A DNA stretch of 62,146 bases, filler included. It is 4 parts of 4 records of this genome, joined end to end, with 100 filler letters (N's around TTAATTAATTAA, not from the genome) between each part and the next. Parts side by side here need not be neighbours in the genome. Positions count along the whole stretch, not along the records: positions 25,252 to 46,830 come from SRR31156797_3114; 3 more parts are not named here. One strand, written 5' to 3'. Position 1 is the stretch's first letter. Each line of letters begins with the position of its first letter. A model generated the notes under the pieces. The model saw nothing but the letters and a program-made list of their open reading frames with translations. It was not told the origin of the DNA and searched no databases. Position numbers and translations under genes: made by a program. Shown here one piece after another: positions 30,638 to 40,238 of this stretch.

Positions 30638-33628
30638 ATGAAAAAGACTTTATTCCTGACATTTTCTTTTACACTATTTCTCCTTTCCCTACAAGGTCAA
30701 ATTATTTCTGATTTTACGAATGACACTGATAACTGGCATTCTGAAGGAGACGGAGACTATTTTTGGGAAGCAGAAACCGGTAATCCCGGAGGTTGCTTTC
30801 GTGTGGACGATGATGCTACCGGAGATATTAATTATGCGTATGCGCCGTCAAAATTTCTTGGTGACTGGACTTCCGCCACGTCAGACGATTCCCTTTCTGC
30901 CGATATTTTTCTTCATCGAAATAACGGAGGGTATCTCAACGGTTATTTTGTTTTTAAAATTAAGGGCCCCGGAGGTGAAGCACTGACCATAGTTGATGCC
31001 CAACCGCCACTTGATACCTGGACGGAATACAGTGCTCACCTCAACCCTGCTGAATGGACCATGGTTTCAGGGGATTGGACTTCCCTGCTGCAACAAGTCA
31101 CCGATTTTATTATTCGTGCAGAGTATATCAATGGTGATGAATACGTTCGGATTGATAATGTTATCCTTTCGTTTTCACCCGTGGTTATTCCCGTAACGCC
31201 AACTATTTGTTCAGATTTCGATGATGGAGCATACGATGGATGGTCTTTTGTTGGCACCAATGGCACAAACAATACCACCTATGAAGAAAGACCCGGCCGG
31301 AGCATAAAAATTAATGACAAATCATCGGATTTCAATTTGGCTTATCCACCGCCCAAATATCTTGGTGACTGGTCTCAACTTGACAACCATGCAGCGCAAA
31401 TTGTCTTTGATCTTAATATTAAATCGCATGCCGGAAGTGCTTTGACTGGCGATTATTTTGTCAGAATTTCCGGGCCGGATGGCTCGGCTATCTTCCCACT
31501 CAACGACAACTATCTTGCTGCAATTGGTGCATGGAATACGTTTGTTTTTCCCATCGAAGAAACTTTCTGGACCATGGAATCCGGAACATGGAGTGACCTT
31601 TTGAGCTGGATAAATCATATGGAAATTGTGCTTGAATTTTATGACGGGACTGAGGAAATCTGGTTTGATAATTTCTGCATAAGCAATTTACCACCAACAG
31701 CAGATTTTTCTGTAGAAAGCACCGTGAGTTTTGTTGGCAACCCAATTGCATTCTATGATAATTCACAATACGGGGTTACCTCGTGGGACTGGAATTTTGG
31801 TAATGGTCAAACCAGTTCTGATAAAAACCCGGTTCACACCTATCAGAGCAGCGGAACCTACGATGTTGGTTTAGAAGTAAGTAACCATTTTGGGTCAGAC
31901 CAGTTGTCAGAACCTGACGTGATCCAAATATTGCCTGTTGATCAATGCCTCAAGTTTGAGGATGATTTTGATGACCCTGAAATTAACCCGGCATGGTTGA
32001 TCAATAATGGAACCTGGTCGATTTCCGATGGCGAGATGAAACAATCATCAAATTATTATAATTCGGACGATTATTTAGACGGGTGCTATGCACTAACCGG
32101 AAGTTTACTTTGGGAAGATTACCTGTTATCCTGCGATTTGTATTCCACTGACAACGATTACATCGGAATTGTTTTTAACTGGCAGGATGAACAAAACATG
32201 AGCATGTTTATGTGGAACAGACAAGAAAATCTGCGCGAACTGGTGAATTGGGTTGATGGTGAGAAAATTGCTCTGGCCACCGATAATGTAGTTTACAGTT
32301 CAAACCAATGGTACAACATCAGGATACTTTCGGTTGATAGAGAAATTACACTTGTGATAGATGGTGAGGAGATTTTTTCGGTTACTGATGATACTTTTAC
32401 CGCCGGGAAGGCCGGATTATACTGCTGGGCAAACCAGTCGAGTTACTGGGATAACTTCAGGGTGGAATGTTCCGACTCCGAAATCATTACTATTCCTGGT
32501 GGATGGTCAGGTATTTCCAGCTATGTCGTCCCGGCCGCCGCTAATCTGGAATCAATGTTCACCCCCATCATTTCTGATCTGATCATCCTTCAAAATGATG
32601 CAGGCATATTTTGGCCCGGACAAAATGTAAATACCCTTGGAGACTGGAATACACACGAAGGCTATCAGGTAAAAACGGCAAATACGGTTGAACTGACGGT
32701 TTCGGGAACTAAGGTGAACAATCAAACCTTACAGCTCGTTTCAGGCTGGAATTTAATTCCTGTACTTTCGGAGTGTGCTGTGGATATTAACACTTTGTTT
32801 GGCGGTACCGATGCAATTCTTATCAAAGAAGTTGCGGGAGGGAAAATTTTCTGGCCGGAATTTAACATCAACACCCTAAACATATTGGAACCTGGCAAAG
32901 CATATTTTGTGATGATGGGTAGTGATGCTGAAATTTTATTTCCGGAATGCAGCGTGCTGAAAAGTGAATCTTCAAAAGAGAACACAGTAAGTTCAGATGG
33001 CGAGTTGGATTTACCCATGTATGAAGAAGCCCAACCCACAGCATTCTCACATGCTGTTGCAATACCGTCGTCAGTTTTCAAAAATACTGGTATCGAATCA
33101 GGAGATTTAATATCTGCATGTGATGATGATGAACAATACTATGGAGCGACCATTTGGAAGGAAAAAAATATATCCATCACCTTGTTTGGTGATGATCCTA
33201 CAACACCGAAAAAAGATGGTTTCAGCGAAGGTGAGCCAATCTCTTTCAGGATTTATCGTCCGGCAACAGACCAGAAAACAGACCTGGAACTCAACTATTC
33301 AAACCGCTTTAATAATTCAGGATTGTTCCAAACAAATGGGATGTCGGTGGTTAGTGGTATCACTGCAAACCTGTCAGATTTTGGAGACCTGTCAGGTTTA
33401 TCAAACGCAATCAACATTTACCCCAATCCAACCCAGGGGATAATAACCATTCATGGCATTTCAGAAGATGCAACAATTTCGGTTTTTGATGCTTTCGGCA
33501 ATTCAATCAGGCAATTTGAAATGTTGGATTCCAATGCGATTGAATTATCCTCCCAAGCCCCGGGAGTTTACTTTATAAAAATAGAAACCAAGGGTAATAG
33601 CCATTTTGAGAAATTGATTTTAAATTAG
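30638..33628 (+). CDS. T9SS-secreted multidomain protein (2 laminin-B-like, PKD, ConA/TSP-C-like, CTD)
   Basis: Signal peptide; duplicated (A/P)P.K(F/Y)LGDW domain; WDWNFGNG...P.HTY PKD; C-terminal IYPNP...GVYFIKI...KLI. Confidence 0.8.
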   Translation: MKKTLFLTFSFTLFLLSLQGQIISDFTNDTDNWHSEGDGDYFWEAETGNPGGCFRVDDDATGDINYAYAPSKFLGDWTSATSDDSLSADIFLHRNNGGYLNGYFVFKIKGPGGEALTIVDAQPPLDTWTEYSAHLNPAEWTMVSGDWTSLLQQVTDFIIRAEYINGDEYVRIDNVILSFSPVVIPVTPTICSDFDDGAYDGWSFVGTNGTNNTTYEERPGRSIKINDKSSDFNLAYPPPKYLGDWSQLDNHAAQIVFDLNIKSHAGSALTGDYFVRISGPDGSAIFPLNDNYLAAIGAWNTFVFPIEETFWTMESGTWSDLLSWINHMEIVLEFYDGTEEIWFDNFCISNLPPTADFSVESTVSFVGNPIAFYDNSQYGVTSWDWNFGNGQTSSDKNPVHTYQSSGTYDVGLEVSNHFGSDQLSEPDVIQILPVDQCLKFEDDFDDPEINPAWLINNGTWSISDGEMKQSSNYYNSDDYLDGCYALTGSLLWEDYLLSCDLYSTDNDYIGIVFNWQDEQNMSMFMWNRQENLRELVNWVDGEKIALATDNVVYSSNQWYNIRILSVDREITLVIDGEEIFSVTDDTFTAGKAGLYCWANQSSYWDNFRVECSDSEIITIPGGWSGISSYVVPAAANLESMFTPIISDLIILQNDAGIFWPGQNVNTLGDWNTHEGYQVKTANTVELTVSGTKVNNQTLQLVSGWNLIPVLSECAVDINTLFGGTDAILIKEVAGGKIFWPEFNINTLNILEPGKAYFVMMGSDAEILFPECSVLKSESSKENTVSSDGELDLPMYEEAQPTAFSHAVAIPSSVFKNTGIESGDLISACDDDEQYYGATIWKEKNISITLFGDDPTTPKKDGFSEGEPISFRIYRPATDQKTDLELNYSNRFNNSGLFQTNGMSVVSGITANLSDFGDLSGLSNAINIYPNPTQGIITIHGISEDATISVFDAFGNSIRQFEMLDSNAIELSSQAPGVYFIKIETKGNSHFEKLILN

Positions 33629-33739
33629 CCGGGAAAAAACAGCCTGGTCTTGACTCAAAGTCAAGCCCTGGCCAAAAAGAAGGCTTCTATTTCCGGCAGG
33701 TTCATCAGATGATTACTGTTTGGAGCATTATAACTGAAA

Positions 33740-33769
33740 CCCCGTTTTCGCCGAAAGGTGGAAGTGGGG
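33740..33769 (+). repeat. 30-bp GAAA-tetraloop hairpin repeat, copy 1 (terminator-like)
   Basis: CCCCGTTTTCGCC-GAAA-GGTGGAAGTGGGG; 29/30 identical to 39208-39237. Confidence 0.8.
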
Positions 33770-33888
33770 ATTTTCAAATTAGGACCAGCTGAAACAAAAA
33801 GCCAAATTTCCACACCGCCTTTTTTACATTTAGCCCGGTGGATACACTTTACATCAGCCAGGAACCCGGATTCCACCCCTGACCATTC

Positions 33889-34020
33889 GCCCTGACTTTT
33901 TTAAACTTTTGTATTGACTTTGCCTTGACTTTTTTAAATATTTGGTATATTTTTGCCCTGACTTTTTGTGTTTTACAATTGATTTATGCCCTGACTTTTT
34001 TTAATAGAATTTATATCATA
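33889..34020 (+). repeat. Four 14-bp direct repeats at exact 33-bp period upstream of an AAA ATPase gene
   Basis: GCC(C/T)TGACTTTTT(T/G) at 33889, 33922, 33955 and 33988 with 19-bp AT-rich variable spacers. Confidence 0.9.
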
Positions 34021-34031
34021 CTGATTTTCTG

Positions 34032-35336
34032 ATGAAAAGACACATTGAAAAACATTTAGAATCCTGGAAGCAGGATCCGCAAAAAAAAGTGCTTTTGCTG
34101 CGGGGTGCCCGACAGGTTGGAAAAACCTATTCGGTGCGACAATTTGGAAAAACTTTTGAAAATTATCTTGAGGTAAATTTTGAGTCGGACAAATCTGTAC
34201 ATGAGTTTTTCCAGGGCGATTTAAATCCGGAAGAAATCTGTAACAATCTTTCAGCATTTTATGGTGTTTCTGTAAAAGATGGCACCACACTCTTATTCCT
34301 CGATGAAATACAGGCATGCATACCGGCCATTTCTTCGCTTCGGTTTTTCCAGGAAAAACGTCCCGGTCTTCATGTGGTGGCAGCTGGTTCGCTACTCGAA
34401 TTTGCATTACGCGAAATCCCCTCGTTTGGCGTTGGGAGAATTCAGCATTTATTTATGTTCCCGATGTCTTTTTCAGAGTTTTTATGGGCTAACGGTGAGG
34501 ATGGACTTTATAACCAGGTAAAAAATGCCAGCGCTCAAAAACCCCTGGCTGAAGCCTTTCACAACAAACTCATAAGTTATCTAAGGCAATTCCTGTTTTT
34601 GGGAGGACTGCCCGAAGTGGTGGAAACGTATATAAAAAGCAAGGATTTTCGTAAAACACAACAAGTGATCGACAGACTGATTACAGGACTTGATGATGAT
34701 TTTGCAAAATACAAAAAGCATGTGCCTGTGCTTAGAATCAGGGAAGTATTTCAATCGGTGGCGGCGCAAACAGGCAATAAGTTTGTTTTGAGCAAAGCCA
34801 CAGAAAACGCGAACAACCTTCAGGTGAAAGAAACCATCGAGTTGCTTGAGATGGCTGGCCTTATCTATAAAATAAAGCATACAAGCGCAAGTGGGATTCC
34901 GCTTGGGGATGGAGTAAACCACAAAAAGTTTAAAATGATCATGTTCGATCATGGTTTTTTACAGCGCATCCTGGGCATAGAATTGTCAGAGTATATCCTG
35001 GCCAAAGATTTTGAAACCATCAACAAAGGTAATATCGCTGAACAATTTGCAGGCACAGAAATGCTAAAATATCACGAACCACACTATCGCCAACAGCTTT
35101 ACTACTGGCATCGCGAAAAAAGGGGCAGCACGGCCGAGGTGGATTACCTAATCCAAAAATCAGAAAAGATAATCCCGGTAGAAGTTAAATCCGGCAAACA
35201 GGGAAAAATGCAGAGTATGTGGAAGTTTCTTGAAGAAAAACATGCCGATTACGGTATCCGGATATCGCTGGAGAATTTTGCCACTTACGAAAATATTCAG
35301 GTTTTCCCTTTGTACGCAATCAGCAATATGATGTGA
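34032..35336 (+). CDS. AAA_14/DUF4143-type ATPase with C-terminal PD-(D/E)xK nuclease-like domain
   Basis: GARQVGKT, LLFLDEIQ, GGLPE and AEVDYLI...PVEVKSG. Confidence 0.88.
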   Translation: MKRHIEKHLESWKQDPQKKVLLLRGARQVGKTYSVRQFGKTFENYLEVNFESDKSVHEFFQGDLNPEEICNNLSAFYGVSVKDGTTLLFLDEIQACIPAISSLRFFQEKRPGLHVVAAGSLLEFALREIPSFGVGRIQHLFMFPMSFSEFLWANGEDGLYNQVKNASAQKPLAEAFHNKLISYLRQFLFLGGLPEVVETYIKSKDFRKTQQVIDRLITGLDDDFAKYKKHVPVLRIREVFQSVAAQTGNKFVLSKATENANNLQVKETIELLEMAGLIYKIKHTSASGIPLGDGVNHKKFKMIMFDHGFLQRILGIELSEYILAKDFETINKGNIAEQFAGTEMLKYHEPHYRQQLYYWHREKRGSTAEVDYLIQKSEKIIPVEVKSGKQGKMQSMWKFLEEKHADYGIRISLENFATYENIQVFPLYAISNMM

Positions 35337-35367
35337 TTCGGGTCGCTAACCTGCATAACTTTATTTC

Positions 35368-35520
35368 AATTACCGCGTACTTTAGTGCGCGGATATGAGG
35401 AAATTACCTACATCAGGCTAAAAATCCCGGAAATTTTTCAAAATAAAAAAATAAAAATTTCCGGGATTTTATGTTATTGACTATCAGTTTTTAAACCGCG
35501 CACTAAAGTACGCGGTAATT
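35368..35520. repeat. REPIN-like nested palindrome
   Basis: Perfect 25-bp IR AATTACCGCGTACTTTAGTGCGCGG (35368-35392 / 35496-35520), each arm itself a hairpin; inner 18-bp IR at 35421-35438 / 35453-35470. Confidence 0.85.
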
Positions 35521-35711
35521 AATTCAAATAAATTTAGGAATAGGACAGGCTAAAAGACCAACCAGGACAGACCAAAACCAAACAGTTTTTATTTAAAAAT
35601 TTTCGCGGTAGTGATTTTTATTTTTTTCATTGGATTTTGTTATCGAAATGCACACCTTGCCTGCATTTAAAGCATAGTTTTGTTCAATTTTTTAAACCAG
35701 GCACCAGCCAG

Positions 35712-37655
35712 ATGAAAATACAATATCACTTCCTGCTATTTTGTATCATTATATTTTTTGTATCAAGCCACACACTCGCTTCTCAGGTTATCGTGGATAG
35801 CTTGCGAAATCTGCTCGACAAGACCACCAATCAACAAAACAAATCGCAACTCTTATCGCAAATTGCAGCACAATATGCTGCGGAAAACTCTCCCGATTCA
35901 GCCCTGCACTATTATTATGCTGCCTATAAAATCATTCCTGACACCACCTCAAGCCAAGCTGAAAGCATGGTTAACGAAATAGGTTTAATCCATTATTACC
36001 AGGGAAATTTCACTTCAGCACTCAACAATTTTAAGAAGTCCCTTCATATTACCAAACATAATAACGATACCATTACGATTGGCCGCAGGTTGAGCAACAT
36101 TGCAGTAATTTACGATCACATCGGTGATTATGTGCAGGCTTTTAAATACAACCAGGAAGCGCTGTGGATTTTTGAAAAGCTCGGCTCAAAACGAGGCATG
36201 GCATTTATAAACAACAACCTGGGGGTATTATCAGAAGAGATGGGGAACTATGAAAATGCCCTGAACTATTATCACAAGGCACTCCAATTAAAATTAGAAA
36301 TAAACGACTCCTTGGGCATGGGCAGCTCGCTGAATAATATCGGGGTAGTTTATGAAAACTATTTATCCAGCTACGATTCCTCAATCGTTTACTATCAAAA
36401 GGCACTGGATGTATTCAGAGAAGTTGGTAACCAAAGCGGCATTGCAACATCGCTGGGAAACATCGGTGTGATTTTTTGGATCAACCAGCAGCCCGACAGC
36501 GCGATTTACTATTCAGAAAAAGCATTGAAAATCCGGCAGGAGATCAATGACATTGAAGGCATTTCGTCAACACTCCTGAACCTGGGCCGGGCCTGGTTTG
36601 CCAAAAATAAATTCAAAAAAGCCGAATCCTATTACCGGCAAAGCCTTGAAATCTCCAGAAAAATCAACAGCCGAAAAAGAATCTCGGAAGTTTATGAGGC
36701 CCTGGCATTACTATTTAACAAAAAACAGGATAATTCCCGGGCTTACCTATATCATGTAAAATATGCGCAGTTGAAGGATTCGATCCTGAACGAAGAAAAC
36801 AGCAGGCAGATCGCGGAACTTAAAACCCGTTATGAGCTGGAAAAAAAGGATGAAAAATTAATGGAGCTATCCCTAAAAAATCAAATCCAAAAACAAAGTA
36901 TTACCCGCTACAATTATTTGCTGGGAGCCATCTTTTTCATTGTAGTTCTAATTTCAGCCATTACCATTTTGATGATCAGACAACGCAAAATGAAAGTTGC
37001 ACAAAACACTGCTGAATTGCAACAAAAGTTGCTGCGTTCACAAATGAATCCGCATTTTATTTTCAACACGCTGTTTTCGATACAAACGTATATGCAGGAA
37101 AAGAACATTGTGGCAGCATCTCAGTTTTTGTCCCGGTTTGCAAAACTAATGCGTCACATTTTGGAAAATTCAAAGCATGATTTTGTGAGCCTGCAGGATG
37201 AAATGGATTTTTTGCATCAGTATCTTAAAACACAGCAGTTGCGTTATGGTGGGACTTTTGATTATTCAATCGGGATAAATGACCTTGAAGAAGACCCGGA
37301 AGACCTGCTTATCCCGCCGATGCTGTCGCAGCCCTTTGTTGAAAACGCCATCGAGCATGGCTTCAGAAATATCGACAGGCCCGGTAAGATCAGTGTCACT
37401 TTCACCCAGTCAGATGAAAAACTCCTCATCAAAATTCAGGATAATGGCCAGGGCATCGAAAAAAGCCGGGACAAACAGCATCCCGAAAGGCAACATAAAT
37501 CAACCGGCATCGAAAACACCTGTGAAAGAATAAAAATACTTTGCGATAAACACAAGTGCGGCTATGCATTTAAAATTGCTGATCTGAGCCGGGAAACACC
37601 CGAAAACACAGGAACTATCGTTACTTTTGCCATTCCTCTAATGTTTAAAGCATGA
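35712..37655 (+). CDS. TPR-containing LytS-type sensor histidine kinase
   Basis: Signal/TM segment, multiple TPRs (NNLG..Y...G.Y..AL.YY.KAL), TM, SQMNPHFIFN, ENAIEHG and DNGQG. Confidence 0.9.
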   Translation: MKIQYHFLLFCIIIFFVSSHTLASQVIVDSLRNLLDKTTNQQNKSQLLSQIAAQYAAENSPDSALHYYYAAYKIIPDTTSSQAESMVNEIGLIHYYQGNFTSALNNFKKSLHITKHNNDTITIGRRLSNIAVIYDHIGDYVQAFKYNQEALWIFEKLGSKRGMAFINNNLGVLSEEMGNYENALNYYHKALQLKLEINDSLGMGSSLNNIGVVYENYLSSYDSSIVYYQKALDVFREVGNQSGIATSLGNIGVIFWINQQPDSAIYYSEKALKIRQEINDIEGISSTLLNLGRAWFAKNKFKKAESYYRQSLEISRKINSRKRISEVYEALALLFNKKQDNSRAYLYHVKYAQLKDSILNEENSRQIAELKTRYELEKKDEKLMELSLKNQIQKQSITRYNYLLGAIFFIVVLISAITILMIRQRKMKVAQNTAELQQKLLRSQMNPHFIFNTLFSIQTYMQEKNIVAASQFLSRFAKLMRHILENSKHDFVSLQDEMDFLHQYLKTQQLRYGGTFDYSIGINDLEEDPEDLLIPPMLSQPFVENAIEHGFRNIDRPGKISVTFTQSDEKLLIKIQDNGQGIEKSRDKQHPERQHKSTGIENTCERIKILCDKHKCGYAFKIADLSRETPENTGTIVTFAIPLMFKA

Positions 37656-38401
37656 TCAGGGTAATAGTAATTGACGACGAAAAACGGATGGCCGCATCCA
37701 TTGCCAGAATGATAGAAGAAAACTGTAGTGGTTTTTCGGTAGCAGCAATTGCTCATTCGGTAAAATCGGCGGTAGCACTCATTAACAAACACAGGCCCGA
37801 CCTGATAACCCTCGATATCAACCTGCCCGATGGTTCGGGTTTTGATGTGTTGAAACAGGTAGAGGACAGGGATTTCAAAATCATTTTTATTACCGCTTAC
37901 GAGGCTCATGCCCTGAAAGCCATTAAGTTCAGTGCCCTGGATTATTTCTTAAAACCCATTGATAAGCTGGAATTTACGGATGCTTTAAGAAAAGTAAAGA
38001 CGGCATATAAAGCCGAAAAAAACCGACTGGTGCTGGATGCATTTTTGGCGGGTCTCAATGGCAAACCCAAAGAACAAAAAAAAATTGTACTCAAAACTGT
38101 TGATGATATTCACCTGGTAAAAATTAAAGATATCATCCGCTGCGAATCAGACGGAAGCTATACCACCTTTTACCTCACAAACAAACGAAACCTCCTGGTT
38201 TCAAGAAACCTGAAAGAGTATGAAGACCTGCTCGTTGATTATGGTTTTTTCCGAGTCCACCATTCCCACCTCATTAATTTAAACTGCATCGAGCGATTTC
38301 ACAAAGCCGAAGGCGGGCTGGTTCATATGACTGACCAGTCGGAAATTCCTGTATCTGTCAGACGGAAAGAAAGGCTGCTGAAGTTGTTTAGCCAGTTGTA
38401 A
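37652..38401 (+). CDS. LytTR-family response regulator
   Basis: Receiver domain (IDDE, LDINLPD, TAY, KP) plus LytTR (FFRVHHSHLINL, PVS.R); ATGA overlap with the kinase. Confidence 0.93.
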   Translation: MIRVIVIDDEKRMAASIARMIEENCSGFSVAAIAHSVKSAVALINKHRPDLITLDINLPDGSGFDVLKQVEDRDFKIIFITAYEAHALKAIKFSALDYFLKPIDKLEFTDALRKVKTAYKAEKNRLVLDAFLAGLNGKPKEQKKIVLKTVDDIHLVKIKDIIRCESDGSYTTFYLTNKRNLLVSRNLKEYEDLLVDYGFFRVHHSHLINLNCIERFHKAEGGLVHMTDQSEIPVSVRRKERLLKLFSQL

Positions 38402-38419
38402 ACCATCCTGCTGTTTATT

Positions 38420-38474
38420 ACACAAATCACTTTTTCGCCAACACTTATCAATTACTTTCCTACAATTATCCATT
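38420..38474 (+). promoter_or_regulatory. Candidate LytTR binding sites, three imperfect direct repeats at 21-bp period
   Basis: ACACAAATCACTT (38420), ACACTTATCAATT (38441), ACAATTATCCATT (38462). Confidence 0.6.
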
Positions 38475-38550
38475 GGATGGAGCCAAAACGCTTACCAATC
38501 CTACTTTTACCGACTCTTTTACACATTTATAAATCAAAAAAATCGAATCA

Positions 38551-39150
38551 ATGAAAAAATCAACAATGCTTTACTTCCTCTCATTCATGCTTGTTTTTGT
38601 TACAGCGTGCAGCAAAGATGATGATGACGAAAACCAACCAAACCCCGGCACCAATGACCCCACCTTTACAGGCATTAACAAAGTAAATCTTACCGTTGGC
38701 GGCACAACCACTGAGTTTGTTTTTGCAGATGAACCCGTTGTGGGAAGCGATTTCTCAGCCTTTGCCACTAAAGAAACTGAAGATGGCACTGTTTACACTG
38801 ATGTAATCATGGGTGCTATCGATCATTTCGATCAGGTAAGCACGGCAGCCTTAATCATAAATTTCGTGGGTGAAGGCACAGGTACACATGATATTTCTTA
38901 TAGCCTGGCTGATAGCCTGAATCTGTATAACTTTTCAGGTTCCATGTTCACCCTTATTTCTGATACGGCTACTTTCCCCGCCATATATTTCATGGAAGAG
39001 GCAACCGCAAACATCACATCCTATGGTGATGTAGGAAACTACATCGAAGGCACCTTTGAATCATCAGTTATTACTCTTGCCGGAGTTCCCCAGGCCAATG
39101 CAAGCATTAATGGTAATTTTAAAGTGATGCGATTCGATGATATAGATTAA
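38551..39150 (+). CDS. Bacteroidota surface lipoprotein of unknown function
   Basis: Lipobox VTAC followed by SKDDDD (K-D/E-rich export signal); predicted beta-rich body. Confidence 0.75.
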   Translation: MKKSTMLYFLSFMLVFVTACSKDDDDENQPNPGTNDPTFTGINKVNLTVGGTTTEFVFADEPVVGSDFSAFATKETEDGTVYTDVIMGAIDHFDQVSTAALIINFVGEGTGTHDISYSLADSLNLYNFSGSMFTLISDTATFPAIYFMEEATANITSYGDVGNYIEGTFESSVITLAGVPQANASINGNFKVMRFDDID

Positions 39151-39207
39151 CCCCCGATTTCCAGGTATCCAGTAAACATTTTCTTAAAAAGAGGATTACA
39201 AGTCTGT

Positions 39208-39237
39208 CCCCGTTTTCGCCGAAAGGTGGAAGCGGGG
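39208..39237 (+). terminator. 30-bp GAAA-tetraloop hairpin repeat, copy 2, followed by a T-tract
   Basis: CCCCGTTTTCGCC-GAAA-GGTGGAAGCGGGG then TTCTTTTT. Confidence 0.75.
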
Positions 39238-39539
39238 TTCTTTTTATTGTCAGAAGGGTCAAACACTATTTTCTTTATAATTTTCCTTTATTTGATATAT
39301 CAACCTTATAAAGATTTTGTGACTTTTTGCCATCTGTCAGTGGTAGTTTTTATGATTTTTTGCTGTTGATCAATGGCATTTTTTAAATTGTTTGCAGTTC
39401 GTAGACTGCATTTTTTGTTATTTTTTGAATTCTTCGGGTGTCAACTTCACAAAATAATAGTTTAAGAGAAGCACTATTTTTGAGTTTCCTTGTAATGAAA
39501 AACAGATTACATCGTCATTACTGATTAAACCATACCATT

Positions 39540-40238
39540 TTGACACTCATCAAAACCACAAACCTTGGCCGCACCTACCACAAAGGGAAGGTTGAAATTC
39601 CCGCCCTACGTGGTGTAAGCCTCGCAATTGAAGAAGCCACATTTGTTTCCATTGTCGGGAAATCGGGATCGGGAAAGTCAACGCTGCTCAACCTCATCGG
39701 CGGGCTGGATACTGCTACCGAAGGAACCATTTTATTCGACGGCAAAAACCTACGTGAAATGAGCCGGTCGGAGCTGGCCAACCACCGCAAAAAATCAGTG
39801 GGGATGATCTTCCAGTCGTTCAACCTGATCCAATCCAGAAATGCCATGGAGAATGTTGATCTGGCACTTACCTTTGGCGGTGTACCCCGCGGCAAACGGA
39901 AAGCCATCGCTATATCCTTCCTCGAAAAAGTTGGTCTCGGCGACAGGTCATTGCATTTGCCCGATGAGCTTTCCGGTGGAGAAACCCAGCGGGTGGCCAT
40001 TGCCAGAGCTTTGGCCAACAACCCAAAAGTCCTACTCGCCGACGAACCCACAGGCAACCTTGACAGCGAAACCTCAGCAGAAATCATGGACCTGCTGGTA
40101 AACCTCAACAAAACGCAAAATATTACCATCATCATGGTAACCCACGACCTGGAAACTACCGAAAAAGTTTCGGATAAGATCATCAAACTCAAGGATGGGA
40201 AAGTTTTTGAAATCATCGAAAAGGAGGCTGCGGTATGA
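39540..40238 (+). CDS. ABC transporter ATP-binding protein (LolD/MacB-like)
   Basis: GKSGSGKS, LSGGETQR, LADEPTGNLD and VTHD motifs; TTG start. Confidence 0.92.
   Translation: MTLIKTTNLGRTYHKGKVEIPALRGVSLAIEEATFVSIVGKSGSGKSTLLNLIGGLDTATEGTILFDGKNLREMSRSELANHRKKSVGMIFQSFNLIQSRNAMENVDLALTFGGVPRGKRKAIAISFLEKVGLGDRSLHLPDELSGGETQRVAIARALANNPKVLLADEPTGNLDSETSAEIMDLLVNLNKTQNITIIMVTHDLETTEKVSDKIIKLKDGKVFEIIEKEAAV

Noticed and set aside
33889-34020. 33-bp periodic array as a CRISPR array
   Set aside because: Repeats are only 14 bp and non-palindromic, spacers are 19 bp, AT-rich and partly similar to each other, and there are no adjacent cas1/cas2 or effector genes. Kept as a non-CRISPR repeat array.
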